Source: Bigelowiella natans CCMP2755 (lineage: Eukaryota; Protista; Cercozoa). Taken from it: a stretch of 64,000 nucleotides of DNA. This document shows positions 60,880 through 64,000 of this stretch, in pieces. Position 1 is the stretch's first letter; each line of letters begins with the position of its first letter. The stretch is from contig ADNK01001110.1 of NCBI GenBank assembly GCA_000320545.1, forward strand, positions 6,977 through 70,976, given 5' to 3'. A program made the position numbers and the translations under genes. Below the pieces are notes generated by a model, which saw nothing but the letters and a program-made list of their open reading frames with translations, searched no databases and had not been told where the DNA came from.

Positions 60880-62971
60880 TCTATTCCACACACACACGCA
60901 CACACACAGAAATATACACAACGCACACTACCCGTCCTCACGACTAGTCGCAGTATCATAGGACTTCGTCACGGAGCGTTTCCTTCTGCTGCCGAGGGAT
61001 CCTCCTCCTCCGGATTTTGTTGGTGCGTCACCTGCTTTCCGCACATGTATGCGGCAGGAGGGCTTCTTGATTCGCGTGACCTTTGTGGAGGATGAGGAAC
61101 CCTTCTTGCCCTTCTGTTAGGGATTGTTGATAGCAAACACACTCAGCAACGACGATGATAGAAAGAACGCGAAAGCAGGTGGGTGTTGTGGGAGCCGATA
61201 TGCGTTGCGAGCCAGTATCGAGAGATGTTAAATACGAAATACGCCATATTCATACTATTGCATTACACACGCCCAACGTTGCGTGTGTGCACTATGCTAT
61301 CAGCTACCGTTCGCTTATTCTTCGGAGCCGGGAGCGCGTAGATGAGAGCGCTGCCGCCGGTCGTGACGCAAGAAAGATACGTCGGGGGGTTTGAAGAAGG
61401 GGTGAATCGGAGCGAGACAGGGGCGGAACCAAGGCTAATGAGGTAGAGAGGCTCGCGTACAATGGCGCTGCTCTTGCCTGTCTTGCTTCCCAAATTCGAA
61501 GTGCTCCATATACTCAAGAAGCGATCGTCGTCAGCCCCTGAAGGAACAGCAACAACAGCAACAACAAATAAGAGCAAGCGGTCACCCCCCTCAGCATCCA
61601 ACATAACTCATATCATTCCTAATCGAAGTCGTCTGTAATTGTCGCTGCTCCTCGCCAGCCACGTCATAGCGTATACGCTCATTCCAAGTGGCAATCATCA
61701 CCGACCCGAAGCGAAGAGCTCTCCGTTCGCGTTGAAGTCAAGGCAGCGGATCGACGACGAGTGGCCCTGGAACTTCCCAATCACCTGGTTGTTGTTGTTG
61801 TTCAATGGAGTGCTATTCTTTCTATGAGAGCACGTGTGAGTAGGAGGGCGACCACCATAATGACAATGACAATGATTACAGTTACGATATTGATGGTGAT
61901 GGAAGAAATCAACAGGCACTCCGTGAACAACTGTGACTCCAAGAATTCTGGTGGGAGCATTGACATATTTACCTTCCCTGACGCTAGGTCGTGCAAGCAG
62001 ATTTGCGTAAATCCGGCGAGCAGCTTGTTCTGATACACAGCAAGCTTGGATACAGAGGGGGATTGCCCACCGCTGCTGTTTTCGCCGGTTGTGAAGCTTT
62101 TCTTCAGCATTCCCGTCGACAGATCCCACTCACGCACCCTGGTTGCAAGTTCAAAGGTTGATTCAGTAACGAATGGATGAGCGAATCCGCGAGAAAGCGA
62201 GAGAGTGGACTCAAAGATTTTACAGGAGAGTAAAAAGGGAGGAAAGAGGGAACACGAGACAGAATATGAGTGATAGTCGCGGAGCTGCTTGTTCTCGCAG
62301 AGGGGGGAGGGTGCAATGTTCAGTTAACACCTGCCGTCTTTATGGCCCGACACTAGCATCGATGAGTTGTGTGCGAAAATCACGTCAGTGATCTCGCTAG
62401 ATCCACCTTTTGACTCCTCGAGAGTGTAAACTACCTTTCCCTAAAACAGAAGAAACGAGTACAAATGAAAGTGTGAGAACATGCGACACGTCAATGTTCT
62501 GTGAGTTTCAGATGCGGTAGAAGAGGGAAGAGCTTTGCGATAACCTTTCTCAGATTCCAGACTAGAATAGCACCTGTCTCCGTGCCCATGGCCACAAAGG
62601 TGTCTTGCATGCCTTTGTTATCTCTCTGGATAAGGAAAGTAACATAATCAACCATCTCGACCGCGGCTTTTGTCTTCGCCTGAGGCTTCATCTTAAATCG
62701 TAGGAGCGGGCATTGTGCTATCTCTCAACGATATCAGTTCTATTTTTATGTTTATGGGTTCTAGGATGACCTTCGCTTTACGAGTTCCCAAGGCCAAGCA
62801 TGTGAACGTGTGACCCAACACACGGTCTTTCAGCGCCTTCGCCTCATCTCCAACCACATCCCATACTTTTACACCGCGCCGATCTGCACCAGTCACTACA
62901 CCGTAGTATCTGAACAGTTCATTAGCGGTGCCCCCGATGTTGAAGCACTGGGGGGGGAGCGCACCCGCCAT
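57108..62971 (-). CDS. WDR43: Multi-exon WD40 protein with a Utp12-like domain and a very acidic tail; U3 snoRNP factor WDR43/UTP5-like
   Basis: VKVWDV, FTCLAL, AMGTETGAILVWNL, FQGHSSSIRCLDF, DDRFLSIW, GSLKAVLEQ and LQLYGRLEVLM, followed by a D/E-rich C-terminus. Confidence 0.75.
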
Positions 62972-63367
62972 TATCCCAACGTTTGGCTGGGTAGAGTAGT
63001 TGGGTATTTCTCTGCTTGGGCAGGGGCGAAAAATGTTTCAGTCTCGGAAGGCCATAAAATAGAAATGAACGCTTCGGTTTTATTTTAAGCGACAACGGAA
63101 GAATAATAAATGCTCCCAATTTGTCCGAGTTTCCTCGCCAAGCTACGTCTAAGCGCAGTTCGTCGGAGATATTATTCCTGCTCATTTCACCGCCCTTTCA
63201 TTTCGGACATGCGACTTATTTTCGAGGTGGCGTCTCAATCAAATCAACTGACAACTGTGAGTTCGGATAAACATCGAGAATGCAGGTCATTTCATGAGAA
63301 CGTCTCAGACTTTCCGCCTTTGTGTAAGTTACCCTATCGTAAGATCCGCGCACAACCCTTTGGAACA
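62972..63367. promoter_or_regulatory. Probable bidirectional promoter region (396 bp between head-to-head ATGs)
   Basis: Gene geometry only: WDR43 ATG at 62971 (-) and SR gene ATG at 63368 (+). Confidence 0.5.
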
Positions 63368-64000
63368 ATGGCTGATGCTGCACCGGGGTGCAAAGTATGG
63401 GTGGGCGGCCTTGAGCGCGGCACCGACAAGGTATAGAAACTCGCAAGAGAGGTCGAATAAATAGGGGAGAGTTGCGCAATTTTTCTTTCGCATGCATCTC
63501 TAATTCATCCGAAAGCTCCTCAATTCCATGCTGCCCGTGAGTTGGGCGAGCACTCACTGTTGCACTTGAGGGCTGGCTTTCGAGTTCCAGCAGGAAAGCC
63601 TACTTACCTATCCTATTCGAATAAACAGCGTGACCTCGAGGACTTATTTCGCGACTCAGGAAAGATCAGTAACATCTGGATCGCTCGCAACCCTCCCGGA
63701 TTCGGCTTCGTCACATTCGAAGACCCTTATGATGCCAAGGATGCTTGCAAAGATCTAGATGGTCGGGAGCTTCGTGGAAAGAGAATTCGCGTGGAGATAT
63801 CCCATGGGAAAGGGGGCGGCCGCGGAGGTGGGGGAGGAAGGGGTGGAGGAGGCTATGGAGGAAGAGGATATGGAGGAGGGGGAGGGGGAGGATATGGAGG
63901 AGGCGGATATGGAGGAGGCGGATATGGAGGAGGCGGATATGGCGGGGGAGGATATGGCGGGGGAAGTCTGTAATCGGTAGGCTCAAAAGTAAGCAGGACG
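63368..64000 (+). CDS. SRSF3/SRSF7 (RSZ)-like splicing factor, RRM + Gly/Tyr-rich linker; probably continues past the window
   Basis: Exon 1 MADAAPGCKVWVGGL (63368-63430), intron 63431-63628, exon 2 WIARNPPGFGFVTFEDPYDAKDACKDLDG..RIRVEIS then GGGGY repeats. Confidence 0.85.

Overview
Eukaryotic nuclear DNA, gene-dense, with short GT-AG introns full of microsatellites. Signal/transit-type leaders and this intron style suggest a secondary-plastid alga such as a chlorarachniophyte; that is inference only. The window holds about 13 host genes: a WW-domain protein, an Asp/Asn beta-hydroxylase-like protein, a vWA + alpha-kinase, an LRR/coiled-coil protein, a DDX60-like helicase, two membrane proteins, a chlamydial-type TGT, a TK-like kinase-WWE-Kelch protein, a HECT E3, an MLLE-MIF4G fusion, WDR43/UTP5 and an SRSF3/7-like protein. 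It also holds an intact, very young Ty3/Gypsy LTR retrotransposon (identical 326-bp LTRs, GTCC TSD) and a third identical LTR copy. Two signals stand out. (1) Several non-coding tracts are almost free of TpA, with none in bases 1-794. The survivors are mostly CTAG, and two copies of one repeat differ by TA vs TG/CA. This suggests a context-specific A-to-G ('reverse-RIP') hypermutation process. (2) The Gypsy pol ends in a degenerate Dam-like adenine-methyltransferase domain of the kind normally found in DIRS elements, placed after the integrase. All counts are by hand and multi-exon gene boundaries are approximate.
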